From Nitrospinales bacterium (GTDB lineage Bacteria > Nitrospinota > Nitrospinia > Nitrospinales > VA-1), in the NCBI GenBank assembly GCA_965223795.1, contig CBDCXL010000002.1:736001-800000 (forward strand): a stretch of 64,000 nucleotides of DNA, in the 5' to 3' direction. Of this stretch, positions 41,378 to 51,611 are shown piece by piece; positions within the stretch are counted from its first letter, which is position 1, and each line of letters begins with the position of its first letter. Under the pieces are notes generated by a model. It was not told the DNA's origin. It ran no database searches and saw only the letters and a program-made list of their open reading frames with translations. A program made the position numbers and the translations under genes.

Positions 41378-42037
41378 ATGGTGCAAAAACCCAAGAACTG
41401 GGAGGAGCTGGTCAACGACGGGGAAAATTACGGCGGTGTGGACAGAGAGCTTTCCCCGGAAGAAAAAGTGGTTTTCGAAAGCATCAAGGATAAAAAGCTC
41501 CTCAAGATCCAGGACAGCTACGCATTTTCGAAAACCGGCAAGGTCACCGCGGAACACGGCAAGCAACTGGCCGAACTGATCGCCGGTTTCGAACCTTTGA
41601 GCACCATCACCACCCTCATCCTGACCCACAACCACCTCGGTCCGGAAGGCGTGGCCATCCTATGCGGTTCCAAAATCCTGCCCAAAGTGGAGTACCTGCA
41701 CCTGGGCTCCAACCACCTGGGCGATGAAGGCCTGAAAATCATCGCGCAGTCGGACCTGTTCACCGAGGTGCGGACCCTGAATCTCGAGTGCAACGGCATT
41801 CAGGCGGAAGGGGCGAAAGCCCTGGCGGCCTCGAAAGTGTTCACGAAGGTCACCTCACTCAATCTGGTGGACAACCGCATCGGCGAGGAAGGGGCGTTCG
41901 CTCTGGCCGAGTCCGACACGCTCGCCAACCTGACCTACCTGCATCTGGGCGGCAACCGCATCAAATCCGAGGAAGCCAAACAGGCGTTGCGGGAATCGAA
42001 AAAACTCACCCGCCTGGAAACACTGAAAATTTTCTGA
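41378..42037 (+). CDS. leucine-rich repeat protein
   Basis: TLILTHNHLG; YLHLGSNHLG; SLNLVDNRIG. Confidence 0.88.
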   Translation: MVQKPKNWEELVNDGENYGGVDRELSPEEKVVFESIKDKKLLKIQDSYAFSKTGKVTAEHGKQLAELIAGFEPLSTITTLILTHNHLGPEGVAILCGSKILPKVEYLHLGSNHLGDEGLKIIAQSDLFTEVRTLNLECNGIQAEGAKALAASKVFTKVTSLNLVDNRIGEEGAFALAESDTLANLTYLHLGGNRIKSEEAKQALRESKKLTRLETLKIF

Positions 42038-42111
42038 ATCGAACGCGGCGCTAAACGGCGCGGCAGGATCAGGCAGGGCTCATCGGGAAGCGCCCAGGGG
42101 CCCCGGTGCGC

Positions 42112-43047
42112 TTAAGGATCTTCCGGCCTGAGCAGCTCGGGGCGGGAGTAGTTGACGAGTCCCGGCGTTGTTTCGACGCCTTCCTGCAGCATGAGGACTT
42201 TGAGGTTCTTTAAGGTCTTGGTTTCGTACACCGCTTTGCCGCCTTCGGGACCGAAATAATTCCGCCCCAGATAAAGATGGGTCAACCCCGTAAGCTGGGT
42301 GGACTCTCCCAGTGCTCTGGCGCCCGGGTCGCCGATCAGGTTCTGGGACAGCCTGAGGATTTTGAGCGATTTGAGATTGGGGCACTCTGCCAGCACCTGG
42401 GCGGCTTCGTCGTTGAGTTTGTTGGCGGTGAGGTTGAGTTCCTCCAGCCGTCCGGCCACCTCGCCCTGCAAAAATTCCCGAATCCCTTCCGCATCGAGGT
42501 AGCTGCGTTCCAGCTCCAGCACGCGCAGGGCTTTCAAGGCGCCGGGTTGGGCCAGGGCTTTTGCGGTGGCGTTGCCGACCTGATTCCAGCCCGCGTCGAG
42601 CCGTTCGAGACGCTGGAAATGATCCGAATGCACCCACTCCGCGAGCGATGCGTCGGTGAGCTTGTTGTCGGACAGGGTCAGGGTTTTGAGGTTGACGATG
42701 GCGACCTCGGCCGATTTTGCGATGGCGAGCATCCCTTCATCGGTGAGGAAGTTGATATCCAGGTTGAGGGTTTCGACCCCGGCAAGGTGGGGGGACTCGA
42801 ACAGAATCTTCAGCGCCTCATCGTTGATCTGGTTGTCGGAAAGGTCGAGTTTTTTCACCGTCCGCACCCGATCGAAATTTGCAAGGATGGTCACCTCGTC
42901 CGTCGCCAGATAGCGGCCGGTGAGCTTCAGGGTTTCGGGGTCGTTCTTCAGCTCGGACTCGATGGTCTCTTTAAGCTTAGCCTGCTTCTCTTCGAATGTG
43001 GGTGTCGGGTCTTCGTATTCCGAATTCCCGCCGCTCGTGACTCCCAT
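42112..43047 (-). CDS. leucine-rich repeat protein
   Basis: about 9 repeats of L..L.L..N.L. Confidence 0.88.
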   Translation of the reverse strand: MGVTSGGNSEYEDPTPTFEEKQAKLKETIESELKNDPETLKLTGRYLATDEVTILANFDRVRTVKKLDLSDNQINDEALKILFESPHLAGVETLNLDINFLTDEGMLAIAKSAEVAIVNLKTLTLSDNKLTDASLAEWVHSDHFQRLERLDAGWNQVGNATAKALAQPGALKALRVLELERSYLDAEGIREFLQGEVAGRLEELNLTANKLNDEAAQVLAECPNLKSLKILRLSQNLIGDPGARALGESTQLTGLTHLYLGRNYFGPEGGKAVYETKTLKNLKVLMLQEGVETTPGLVNYSRPELLRPEDP

Positions 43048-43508
43048 CGGTTTCGGCTCCAAAAATAATGAAAAAAAAAACCTTCCTTTTTCCGGTTGCG
43101 GCCGCTTAAACGAGCGGGCGCGATTCCCGATTGAACGCGGAATCCATGCCGCATTCTAGCAACGATTCGAATGCATCCTCAAATGATTTTGCAAGGATGC
43201 ATATCACCCGCGGCTCATCGAATGCAAATGCTTTGGGGATACCCTGTGATCCGTTTTTGCGTGAAAATCCTGCGGCGGGCGCATCGGCTGCGGGAAAAAG
43301 CCGCCGGCTTGTTCGCCCAATCGGACTTTTGAAACAAGCCCTTGACGAAATCGCGGCAGACCGGGTTCAAAAACAATATCCGATATGCCGAAGTAAAATT
43401 AAAAAAAATTAATGGGCCGTTAACCGGTCCTTAATCTTGATTTTTTAAACTGTCTGCATCGATAAAAGGGGGGCTTGAGCGTTTTTTAAGATTGGAGGTA
43501 CACCCGTT

Positions 43509-43757
43509 ATGGCGATGTTTAAAACTCTGGATATCCGTGGTCTTTCTTTTTTCAACGCGTTCCAGGAAACGTCCAAGGCGTTTTCAGGCATCAAAAAAAA
43601 CGGCGCCTTGGAGATCATTCTGGATCGAAAGAAGAACTTCACCGACGCGTTCAAAGCCTGGGCAAAAAAGCAGGGGTACACGATTTCGGACATCGACGAC
43701 GACCACAGAATGGTGCGTCTTTTCATCACAAAGTCCACCCCCAGAAAAAAGAAGTGA
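43509..43757 (+). CDS. TusA/SirA-like protein lacking cysteine
   Basis: TLDIRGLS; G.LEII.D; AWAKKQGY; RBS GGAGG. Confidence 0.65.
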   Translation: MAMFKTLDIRGLSFFNAFQETSKAFSGIKKNGALEIILDRKKNFTDAFKAWAKKQGYTISDIDDDHRMVRLFITKSTPRKKK

Positions 43758-43906
43758 GTTCATTTCTAATTTAACCGGACACGGCACCGGCTTTCTCGAA
43801 TGTTGGTCATACTTGTCTCCTCCTTGTTATGATCCAGTCCAACGCTATTTAAGAGAAGCCGGTGTTTCCTTTCCCACTTTACGCGTAGCGGCACTTTCCA
43901 AACAGT

Positions 43907-44677
43907 TCAGCGTTCCCGGTTGCGTTCGTGAATGATTCTCAATCCTTCGAGCGTGAGAAACGGATCGACGGTTTCGATGACGTCGGTTTTGCCGGCGATC
44001 CAGTCGACGATGCCGCCGGTGCCGATGACGCGCGCCTTCGGCCCCAGCTCTTCGCGGATTTTGCACACCAGCGATTCGATCATGCCCACAAACCCGTACA
44101 CGGCCCCGGACTGGATGCTTTCCACGGTGGAGCGGCCGATGATGCGGTCGGGGATTTTCATCTCGATGCGGGGCAGCTTCGCCGCCTTTTCGAACAGCGC
44201 GTCCATGGAAATCTGCACGCCGGGAAAAATGACCCCGCCCAGGTACTCGCCTTTTTCGGACACGGCGTCGAAGGTGGTCGCGGTGCCGAAATCGATGATG
44301 ATCAGCGGACCGCCGTATTTTTCGTAGGCGGCGACGGAATTGACGATGCGGTCGGCGCCCACCTCGGCGGGATTGCGGTAGAGGATGGAGATGCCGGTTT
44401 TGATGCCGGGGCCGACGATCACGGGTTCGCAGGAAAAGTATTTTTTCGCCATTTCCTTGAGGTTCGGCACCAAAGGCGGGACCACACAGGCTATAATGAT
44501 GTCATCGATGGTTTCCGCTTCCACCTGGTTGAGCAGGATGAATTCCTTGATCAGGACCCAGTATTCATCGGCGGTCCGGTTCCACTCGGTGCGGATGCGC
44601 CAGTGGGTCAGCAGCTTTTTGCCGGAGAACAGGCCGATCACATTGTTGGTGTTGCCGACATCGATTGCCAGAAGCAT
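43907..44677 (-). CDS. coaX: type III pantothenate kinase
   Basis: LAIDVGNTN; VGADR; DFGTATT; GG.I.PG; TGG. Confidence 0.96.
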   Translation of the reverse strand: MLLAIDVGNTNNVIGLFSGKKLLTHWRIRTEWNRTADEYWVLIKEFILLNQVEAETIDDIIIACVVPPLVPNLKEMAKKYFSCEPVIVGPGIKTGISILYRNPAEVGADRIVNSVAAYEKYGGPLIIIDFGTATTFDAVSEKGEYLGGVIFPGVQISMDALFEKAAKLPRIEMKIPDRIIGRSTVESIQSGAVYGFVGMIESLVCKIREELGPKARVIGTGGIVDWIAGKTDVIETVDPFLTLEGLRIIHERNRER

Positions 44678-44831
44678 GGTTTCACCGATCACCGGGTTGC
44701 ATGTTGCCTGCCTTCCGCAAAAGCGCGGCGCGGCGGCGGATCACTGGGGATCGCTTAGGTTAGCAAACCGGCCCGAGGTTGGCAACGCAGAATAAATAGA
44801 CCAAACAGGCGTATTATCGCAGGAGGCGGAA

Positions 44832-45053
44832 ATGGTGACGGACCGGTTCAATATCGAAATGGAAGACATCTCTGCATTTAAAATCGAGCGTTCCGCGGAC
44901 CAATCGTTCTGGGAAGAGATCTCTCACGAGGAATTGACGGGAAGCATTTTCCCTGAAATACCGGAAGATAAGCTCAAGCGCTTTCTGGGAGTGGTGAGAA
45001 ACGGCGGCTGGTTCAAACTCGGCGACTATTTTTACCGGATTCAGGCCTCCTGA
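44832..45053 (+). CDS. small hypothetical protein
   Basis: RBS AGGAGG; 73 aa. Confidence 0.7.
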   Translation: MVTDRFNIEMEDISAFKIERSADQSFWEEISHEELTGSIFPEIPEDKLKRFLGVVRNGGWFKLGDYFYRIQAS

Positions 45054-45973
45054 TTCGGCGCCGACCGATCCCGGCTTTCGGGAATCAGGAGTTTGAGCGG
45101 TTCCGGAGCCGCAAGGATTCTGGCGGGCAGCGTGCCGGCGAGGTCTCCGTCCGCCTGGACGGGTTCTTCCGCATCGCCTGTGATGCGGATGTCCCTGGCA
45201 TCCTGCACCTGGGTCACCCGGCTTTGCAGCCAGCGGCGGGCCGCGAACGCGGCCAGATCGAGCAACGCGCCGCATCTTCCCTCGCGTGCGAAAAGAGACA
45301 CCGTGAACCCCTCGCGGCTGAGGCTGGTGCCGGGAGCGAGGCGCACCATGCCTCCGTAATAGGCTGCGTTTGAGACCACCACCCAGGTGGCGGCGTAGGT
45401 TTTTCCATCGATCTCGACGCTGAGCTTTTTGGGGGGATGAAACAGGATCTGTTCGAGCACCGAAACCGCATACGCCAGCTTGCCGGTCTTTTTTTTCAAG
45501 CCCGGCCGCACATCGCGCACGGCGCGGCCGTCGAGCCCCACCCCCACCATCAAAAGGAACGCGCGCCGGTTCAACAGCCCCACCTGAACGGAAACCGCGT
45601 GTCCTTTGACAATGCAGTCCGCCATCGCGTCCACCGTGGGCTGCAAACCGATTTCCCGCGCCAGCACGTTCTCCGTTCCCAGAGGGAAAATGCCGAGCGG
45701 CAGCGGCGATCCCAGCAGGCCGTTCACCACTTCGTTGATGGTGCCGTCGCCGCCGGCGGCGATCACCGTGTCGCAGCTTGCAGACTGCACCGCCTCGCGC
45801 GCCAGGTCCTCAGCGTCCCGGATCTTCTGCGTCCGCTTCAGTTCGATGACAAAGCCCTTCTCCTCCAGCCTTTGCAGCACAGGCTCGAGCAGGCGGGCGC
45901 TGCGGCCCGCAGTGGGGTTGTGTATGACCCAAAGCCAACCGGACACCCGGCCCAAATCACTCTCACTTTCCAT
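45041..45973 (-). CDS. diacylglycerol kinase family lipid kinase (YegS/DagK)
   Basis: NPTAG; GGDGTINEV; PLGT.N; DGD. Confidence 0.92.
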   Translation of the reverse strand: MESESDLGRVSGWLWVIHNPTAGRSARLLEPVLQRLEEKGFVIELKRTQKIRDAEDLAREAVQSASCDTVIAAGGDGTINEVVNGLLGSPLPLGIFPLGTENVLAREIGLQPTVDAMADCIVKGHAVSVQVGLLNRRAFLLMVGVGLDGRAVRDVRPGLKKKTGKLAYAVSVLEQILFHPPKKLSVEIDGKTYAATWVVVSNAAYYGGMVRLAPGTSLSREGFTVSLFAREGRCGALLDLAAFAARRWLQSRVTQVQDARDIRITGDAEEPVQADGDLAGTLPARILAAPEPLKLLIPESRDRSAPNQEA

Positions 45974-46204
45974 GTATCCGCCGATTTCCCATCCGCCGAA
46001 AAATTTTTAAGCAAAATAAAATCAATGTGATAACTTCAAACTTAAGGCCTGTCCGCTGGAAGGTGTCGGCGGCAACGATCCTGCGTAAAAATTTTCGAGA
46101 CAGATCGGGCCGTATGCATTACCTTTATAAACGCTTCTATTAAAAGCCCGTGCGATTCGGCTTCCGAAAACGGGAGCGGAACCGCCGTCAAAGGAAACCG
46201 TTCA

Positions 46205-46516
46205 ATGGTGCCCCCACAACTGATTCAACCCGAGACCGCCGCCGGAATGCTGGTTGTTGTTTTTCTGATCGTGTTCGCGCTCGTCCTGGTGCTTCTGTTT
46301 TTATTTCAGGCGCAGAAGCAGGCGCACAATTGTTTTAAAGAACTCAAGCGGCAAAATCAAATCCTGGAACTGCAGGCACAGTCCATCGGCGAGATGAATC
46401 AATGGCTCCGCTACTTCAACGACCGTCTGGGAAACAAAGCGAAAACGCCTCCTCCCAAATCGCAATCATCCACCAAAAAACCCACGCCGATTTCCAGTTA
46501 CAAAAAAACGATTTGA
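46205..46516 (+). CDS. single-pass membrane hypothetical protein
   Basis: N-terminal TM followed by a coiled stretch. Confidence 0.6.
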   Translation: MVPPQLIQPETAAGMLVVVFLIVFALVLVLLFLFQAQKQAHNCFKELKRQNQILELQAQSIGEMNQWLRYFNDRLGNKAKTPPPKSQSSTKKPTPISSYKKTI

Positions 46517-46622
46517 ATCTCTCCCCAATATTTGATAACTCAGAAACTAGATCCTGTTGCATCTGAATATTCCAATCACGTTGATCTTAGGCGCATCCTT
46601 TATCGAAGCCACGGTGAAACGC

Positions 46623-47027
46623 ATGAACCCTATCATCAGACTTGCGGGTATTTTCCTCTTTTCCCTGTGGCTCACAGGATGCGCAGGGTCCATCAACGGT
46701 CCGACCCAGATGGTGACCATCCACACGGTTCCCAATCATGCCAAAATCACCGTGGACACGCTGCCCGGCTCCTCGTTCATGACACCGGTCAGCATCCCGC
46801 TCGCGAGAAACCGGCATCATCTGATCACGGCGATGACCCCCGGACACGAAACCCTCAACACCCACATCTTTCCGAAAACCGACACCAAGGCGGTGATTCT
46901 GGATTGCGTCTGGCTGTGCATCCCGCTGATTTTCGATGTCCCCAAGGGGGCCACCAAGAAACTGCAGCCGGAAACGGTGACGATTTTCTTCACCAAAAAG
47001 CCGCGCCTTTCAAAGCGGGAACCCTGA
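46623..47027 (+). CDS. lipoprotein (PEGA-like)
   Basis: lipobox LTGC; SI.GPTQ.V.I.T.P..A.I.VD. Confidence 0.7.
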   Translation: MNPIIRLAGIFLFSLWLTGCAGSINGPTQMVTIHTVPNHAKITVDTLPGSSFMTPVSIPLARNRHHLITAMTPGHETLNTHIFPKTDTKAVILDCVWLCIPLIFDVPKGATKKLQPETVTIFFTKKPRLSKREP

Positions 47028-47230
47028 CGCCCTTTGTTCAGTCCGGCCCCCGGCCGCCCCCACGCAACGTTCCGGCCGTGTATTTGCAGGCAAAATAATT
47101 ACTTACATTTTTCACGGAATTTTCGGGAACCGTTGCTTTATAATGGCTTTCCAGGTTTTCACCGCCTGGAGACCGGTCCGCGCGGCTGGGAGACGAACCC
47201 TGAAATTGGAAGCATTCCGAGAATTTCACG

Positions 47231-47701
47231 ATGCTGGAAGACTGGATTTTAAAACGTATCGAAATCGAGAAATCAAAAGAGGATCTGAACGGCGCGGACC
47301 TCAGCGATGCCAAATTGATGCAGGCGAACCTGAGCCAGGCGAACCTGTGTGACGCCGACCTCACCAGCGCGTATCTGATCCGCGCCAATTTGAAGGACGC
47401 CAATCTTCAGGACGCCACGCTGGTCAAGGCGGTGATCAGCGAAGCCGACCTGAGCGGCGCCAACCTGAGCGGCGCCGATCTCAGCGACGCCTTTTTGAAC
47501 GAGGCCACTCTGACGGGAGCGGACCTGGAAGGCGCGGAGCTTCTCGATGCCAACCTGTGCGGCGCCGATCTCAGCGGAACCAAGAACCTGTGCTGCGAGC
47601 AGATCACATACGCCATCATCGACAAGGAAACGCGGCTGCCTGAATACCTCAAGGTTGAATGGTCGGAAGACGATTCGTTCGACTGCGAAGAGGTGTCCTG
47701 A
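47231..47701 (+). CDS. pentapeptide repeat protein
   Basis: A(D/N)L.. repeats. Confidence 0.92.
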   Translation: MLEDWILKRIEIEKSKEDLNGADLSDAKLMQANLSQANLCDADLTSAYLIRANLKDANLQDATLVKAVISEADLSGANLSGADLSDAFLNEATLTGADLEGAELLDANLCGADLSGTKNLCCEQITYAIIDKETRLPEYLKVEWSEDDSFDCEEVS

Positions 47702-47803
47702 AAAATTTTTCCAAAAATAATGTTCCGCACTCTGAAAAAATGTACTATAAGTGGACCATTAGAAAAGGCATTCAAATAACATCTTTCCCGTGGAGGAAAG
47801 GAA

Positions 47804-48403
47804 ATGCCGATGCCCGTCCCTCTCGACGTCAAACGCCGCGTCCCGGCACGCAGCACACTGATCGATTACAGCGGCCAGGACCTCACTTCCCGCAACTTCA
47901 TCCGGGCCTCGCTCGAAAGCGCCAATCTCGCCAAGGCCAATCTGAGGAAAACCAATCTGATCGACGCCAATCTCACGAACGCGGACCTGAGCGGCGCCAA
48001 CCTGACGCGCGCGGTGCTGATCGACGCCGACCTCACCGGGGCCAACCTCATCGGCGCGAGCCTCATCGCGGCGAACCTGCTGGGCGCGAACCTTAAGGAC
48101 GCCAAGCTCTGCAAGGCGGATTTTCTGCGCGCCAACCTGATGGGGGCCGACCTCAAGGGAGCGAACCTCATCGGCGCGGACCTGACGGAGGCGGACCTCA
48201 GCCGCTGCGACCTCTCGCAGTCGCTGCTCAGAGGCGCGATCCTGTGCGGCGCGAACCTGTACCACACGCAAAACCTGTCCGTCACGGATCTGCAATCGAC
48301 TTTCTTCAACCGCAGGACGCGTTTTCCGGAACACATCCCGATCTTCTGGATATCCGACACCACCTACCGGATCGGTCACGAGGTGCACCGCTCGGCCCAG
48401 TGA
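47804..48403 (+). CDS. pentapeptide repeat protein
   Basis: A(D/N)L.. repeats. Confidence 0.92.
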   Translation: MPMPVPLDVKRRVPARSTLIDYSGQDLTSRNFIRASLESANLAKANLRKTNLIDANLTNADLSGANLTRAVLIDADLTGANLIGASLIAANLLGANLKDAKLCKADFLRANLMGADLKGANLIGADLTEADLSRCDLSQSLLRGAILCGANLYHTQNLSVTDLQSTFFNRRTRFPEHIPIFWISDTTYRIGHEVHRSAQ

Positions 48404-48928
48404 CGCACAGTCTCTTTTCCCGCCCTGCCCTGCCGGACTGCATGAAACCGAGTTATCCGACAGACAGTAGCGCTACGTTGTGCTCGCCGTCCGTTCCCGA
48501 CAATCGTTTTAAACCCACACGCAGCCGCAAAAAAAATTTTTCCCCGGCGCGCGGTTTCTAAAAGATTCAAAACCAATCGCCCTCTGCGCTGGCTGCACCG
48601 CGGCGTGAAAGCGGCTTCACATCGGCTTCGAGTTTGATGCTATAGTGTCGGGGACGTTTTTCTTCCAGCGAAAGTCTTCACCCATGCTTTCGATCGATCC
48701 TGGTCTGAAGCCACGGCATCCACGAACCAACATCATCCGAAATAAAACGATATATCTTGCCAGGCAGACCGGTCCTGTTGCAGGGCGAAAAGGGGGAAAC
48801 CGCCCACTCGCGGTGCGGTGCATCGTTGCCCATCGCCGGGGACACCGGGTTGAAGGGTTTTTCTGTCAGCGAATCCAAATACGGGCGCAGTTCACACAAA
48901 ACCGGAAATTCATTTTTGGAGGGAGTCC

Positions 48929-49306
48929 ATGTCGGAGTCTAAAGATAAAATCAACGGCTGGAGAGAAGGCAGCGGCTATGTGGGCAGTTTCATCCATCTG
49001 GCGGATCAGACGTACTTCAGCAATCTGATCAACCAGCAGGGGCACCTGAACGCAGAGAAGAAACACGAACTGGAACAGACCCTGGAACACGTGCGCGAAA
49101 CCACGCGCTGGTTCGGCCGCGGCCTGTCCGCCATCGGCAGCCTGATGATCAGCTCGGGAAGCATGAACTCGGAGGACCTGGTGGGCGCGGGCGGCCTGAT
49201 CCACGAGCTGGGAGACGCCATCAATCAGCTGCAGGACATCGACGAGCGGCTGACCTGGACGCTGACCCACCCGAACGGCGATGCGGGCATTAACAAAACG
49301 GAATGA
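48929..49306 (+). CDS. hypothetical protein
   Basis: RBS GGAGGGAG; helical. Confidence 0.75.
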   Translation: MSESKDKINGWREGSGYVGSFIHLADQTYFSNLINQQGHLNAEKKHELEQTLEHVRETTRWFGRGLSAIGSLMISSGSMNSEDLVGAGGLIHELGDAINQLQDIDERLTWTLTHPNGDAGINKTE

Positions 49307-49629
49307 CGGTCCGGACCGCCGCATTCCACAGGCCCAAACTGGCAGCGCGGGTGTCCGCACCGCGGCCCTTGAGCCTGCCCCGGCGCGCGCCGCACCCGAT
49401 TTTCCCGCTAAAGGCATTGAAATATTCGTTGCCGGTTTTATACTTGAGGGAGGGGATGCACTCACAACCCTTTGACGCTTCAATTTAAATCACTGACAAC
49501 GCGGCGCTTACCAGTAGAATCCCCTGCCCCGCACCGATCATCTAAATAGACGGACACTTTTTTCAACCGGCCTTGAACCGCCGTTCGTGTCTGGCGTTCC
49601 ATTTCACGATCCCCCGTCAGAGGTGACCC

Positions 49630-50760
49630 ATGCAGCTAAATTCGGCGTTAGGGATTGAAAAAATTTTCAGCTTCGAATTTGTGGTCGATTTTTTTGACCG
49701 CAGCCGGGACTTTTATATCGAGAAGATGGGCCTGGCTGAAACGCACCGCTCCACGTCCCAGTGGGAGCAGAAGTTCAGCAGCCGCGGCATCTATTTCAGC
49801 GCGGGGGACTTTCGCGTGCTCCTCACCTGCCCGCTTTCCTCGCACAGCTACACCGCGCAGTATCTGAAGATGCTGTGCCCCGGCGTCCGCACGGTCACCT
49901 TCAAGGTGAAGGACCTGAAAAAAACCGTGGAGTACCTCAAAGCCCACGACGCGACGTTCGTGCACGGGGAAAAGGAAGTGCGCTCCGACAGCAGCGTGCA
50001 CCGCTTCGTCACCATCGCAACGCCGATCGGCTTTCTCGAATTTTCCTTTCTGGAAATCGAGGGAGAGGAAAGCGACATCCCCATGTTCGAAAAGACGGAT
50101 GAAACGCCGGGGGTTCTGTCCACGTTTCAGCGCATCGACCACATGACGGTCAACGCGCGCACGATCTTTCCGATCTGCAGTTTTTTCGAACACGTGATGG
50201 GGTTTGAAACGTTCTGGACCGTGGCCTTCCACACTCCGGACTACAAGTCCGGCAAAAAAGGCACCGGCCTGTCTTCGAGAGTGATGTGGGACCCGGGATC
50301 GCAGACGAAATTCGCGGTCAACGAACCGCTGTATCCGCATTTCAATCAGTCGCAGATCCAGACCTTCGTCAACAAGAACCACGGCGCGGGCGTGCAGCAC
50401 GTGGCGCTGTCGGTGAAGGACCTGATCGGCACGGTGGACGCGATGCGAAAACGCGGCATCGAATTTCTGGAAACGCCGGACACGTATTACGATATGCTGC
50501 CGGAGCGGATCGAAAAAAACCGCATGGGTCCGCTGCAGGAAAATCTGGACGCGTTGAAGCAACAGCGCATTCTGGTGGACGGCAAGGACGGCAACTACCT
50601 TTTGCAGATTTTCCTCAAGGACGCATCGCTGCTGTACCAGGAGGATCAGGCGGGACCGTTTTTCTATGAAGTCATCCAGCGCCGGGGTCACGACGGCTTC
50701 GGCGAAGGCAATTTCCGGGCGCTGTTCGAAGCCATCGAAATGCAAGAGACCGGCCTGTGA
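49630..50760 (+). CDS. hppD: 4-hydroxyphenylpyruvate dioxygenase
   Basis: IDH; GL.S; INEP-like VNEP; SQIQ.F; GVQHVAL; LLQIF; FYEVIQR; GFGEGNFRALFEAIE. Confidence 0.93.
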   Translation: MQLNSALGIEKIFSFEFVVDFFDRSRDFYIEKMGLAETHRSTSQWEQKFSSRGIYFSAGDFRVLLTCPLSSHSYTAQYLKMLCPGVRTVTFKVKDLKKTVEYLKAHDATFVHGEKEVRSDSSVHRFVTIATPIGFLEFSFLEIEGEESDIPMFEKTDETPGVLSTFQRIDHMTVNARTIFPICSFFEHVMGFETFWTVAFHTPDYKSGKKGTGLSSRVMWDPGSQTKFAVNEPLYPHFNQSQIQTFVNKNHGAGVQHVALSVKDLIGTVDAMRKRGIEFLETPDTYYDMLPERIEKNRMGPLQENLDALKQQRILVDGKDGNYLLQIFLKDASLLYQEDQAGPFFYEVIQRRGHDGFGEGNFRALFEAIEMQETGL

Positions 50761-51608
50761 GACTGCTGCGCTTTCTGGCCCGCAACGGCAATGCGGAGCA
50801 CGGTCTTTTGTTTGAGGACAGGGTCTACCCCCTGATCGACATGACCACCACGGAGGCTCTGGATGCGCTGACCGGCGGCAAGGACCCGGGCAAAAAAATC
50901 CTGCGGCAGACGCCGGTCCCGCTGGAGGGACTGACCCTCTTGCCGCCCATCGAAGCGCCGGGGGCGTACCTGGATTTTTACAGCTTCGAGCAGCATGTGA
51001 AGACCGCGCGCGGCAAACGCGGGCTGGACGTGCCGCCGGAATGGTACCAGTATCCGGTGTGGTACAACGGATCGACGCGCTGCTTCAGCGGCGACGGCTC
51101 GACGGTGGTGTTTCCCGGCGGCGAGAACAAAAAGGATTTCGAGCTGGAACTGGCGGTGGTGCTGAAAAAACCCTGCCACAAGGTGACGCCCGAACAGGCG
51201 AAAGACTGCATCGGCGGCTACACCATCCTGAACGATTTTTCCGCGCGCGAGCTGCAGGCAAAGATCATGCGCGTGGGGCTGGGACCGGCGAAGGCGAAGG
51301 ACTTCAACAACGGACTGGGGCCGTGGGTGGTGACGCCCGATGAGATCGAGAACCCGCGCGATCTCGCCATGCGGGCCTGGGTGAACGACGAGATTTGGTC
51401 GGAAGGCAACAGCGGCGACGCGCACTACACCTTCGAGCAGATGATCGCCTTCGCGTCGGAATTCCAGACGCTGTATCCCGGCGACATTCTGGGAAGCGGC
51501 ACGGTGGGCACCGGCTGCGGACTGGAACTGGACCGGTTTTTGAAAACCGGCGACAAGGTGGTGCTGGAAATCGAGTCCATCGGCAAACTGACGCACTGGA
51601 TCGGGTGA
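50757..51608 (+). CDS. fumarylacetoacetate hydrolase family protein
   Basis: DFYSFEQH; DFELEL; NDFSAR; KAKDF; GDILGSGT. Confidence 0.9.
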   Translation: MRLLRFLARNGNAEHGLLFEDRVYPLIDMTTTEALDALTGGKDPGKKILRQTPVPLEGLTLLPPIEAPGAYLDFYSFEQHVKTARGKRGLDVPPEWYQYPVWYNGSTRCFSGDGSTVVFPGGENKKDFELELAVVLKKPCHKVTPEQAKDCIGGYTILNDFSARELQAKIMRVGLGPAKAKDFNNGLGPWVVTPDEIENPRDLAMRAWVNDEIWSEGNSGDAHYTFEQMIAFASEFQTLYPGDILGSGTVGTGCGLELDRFLKTGDKVVLEIESIGKLTHWIG

Positions 51609-51611
51609 ACC

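Noticed and set aside
48772..48860. cobalamin riboswitch
   Set aside because: Only the GGT-stem-AAAAGGG start resembles it; the B12 box and CCCGCAACTGT motifs are absent
49591..49607. sigma54 promoter for hppD
   Set aside because: TGGC is present but the -12 GC is missing
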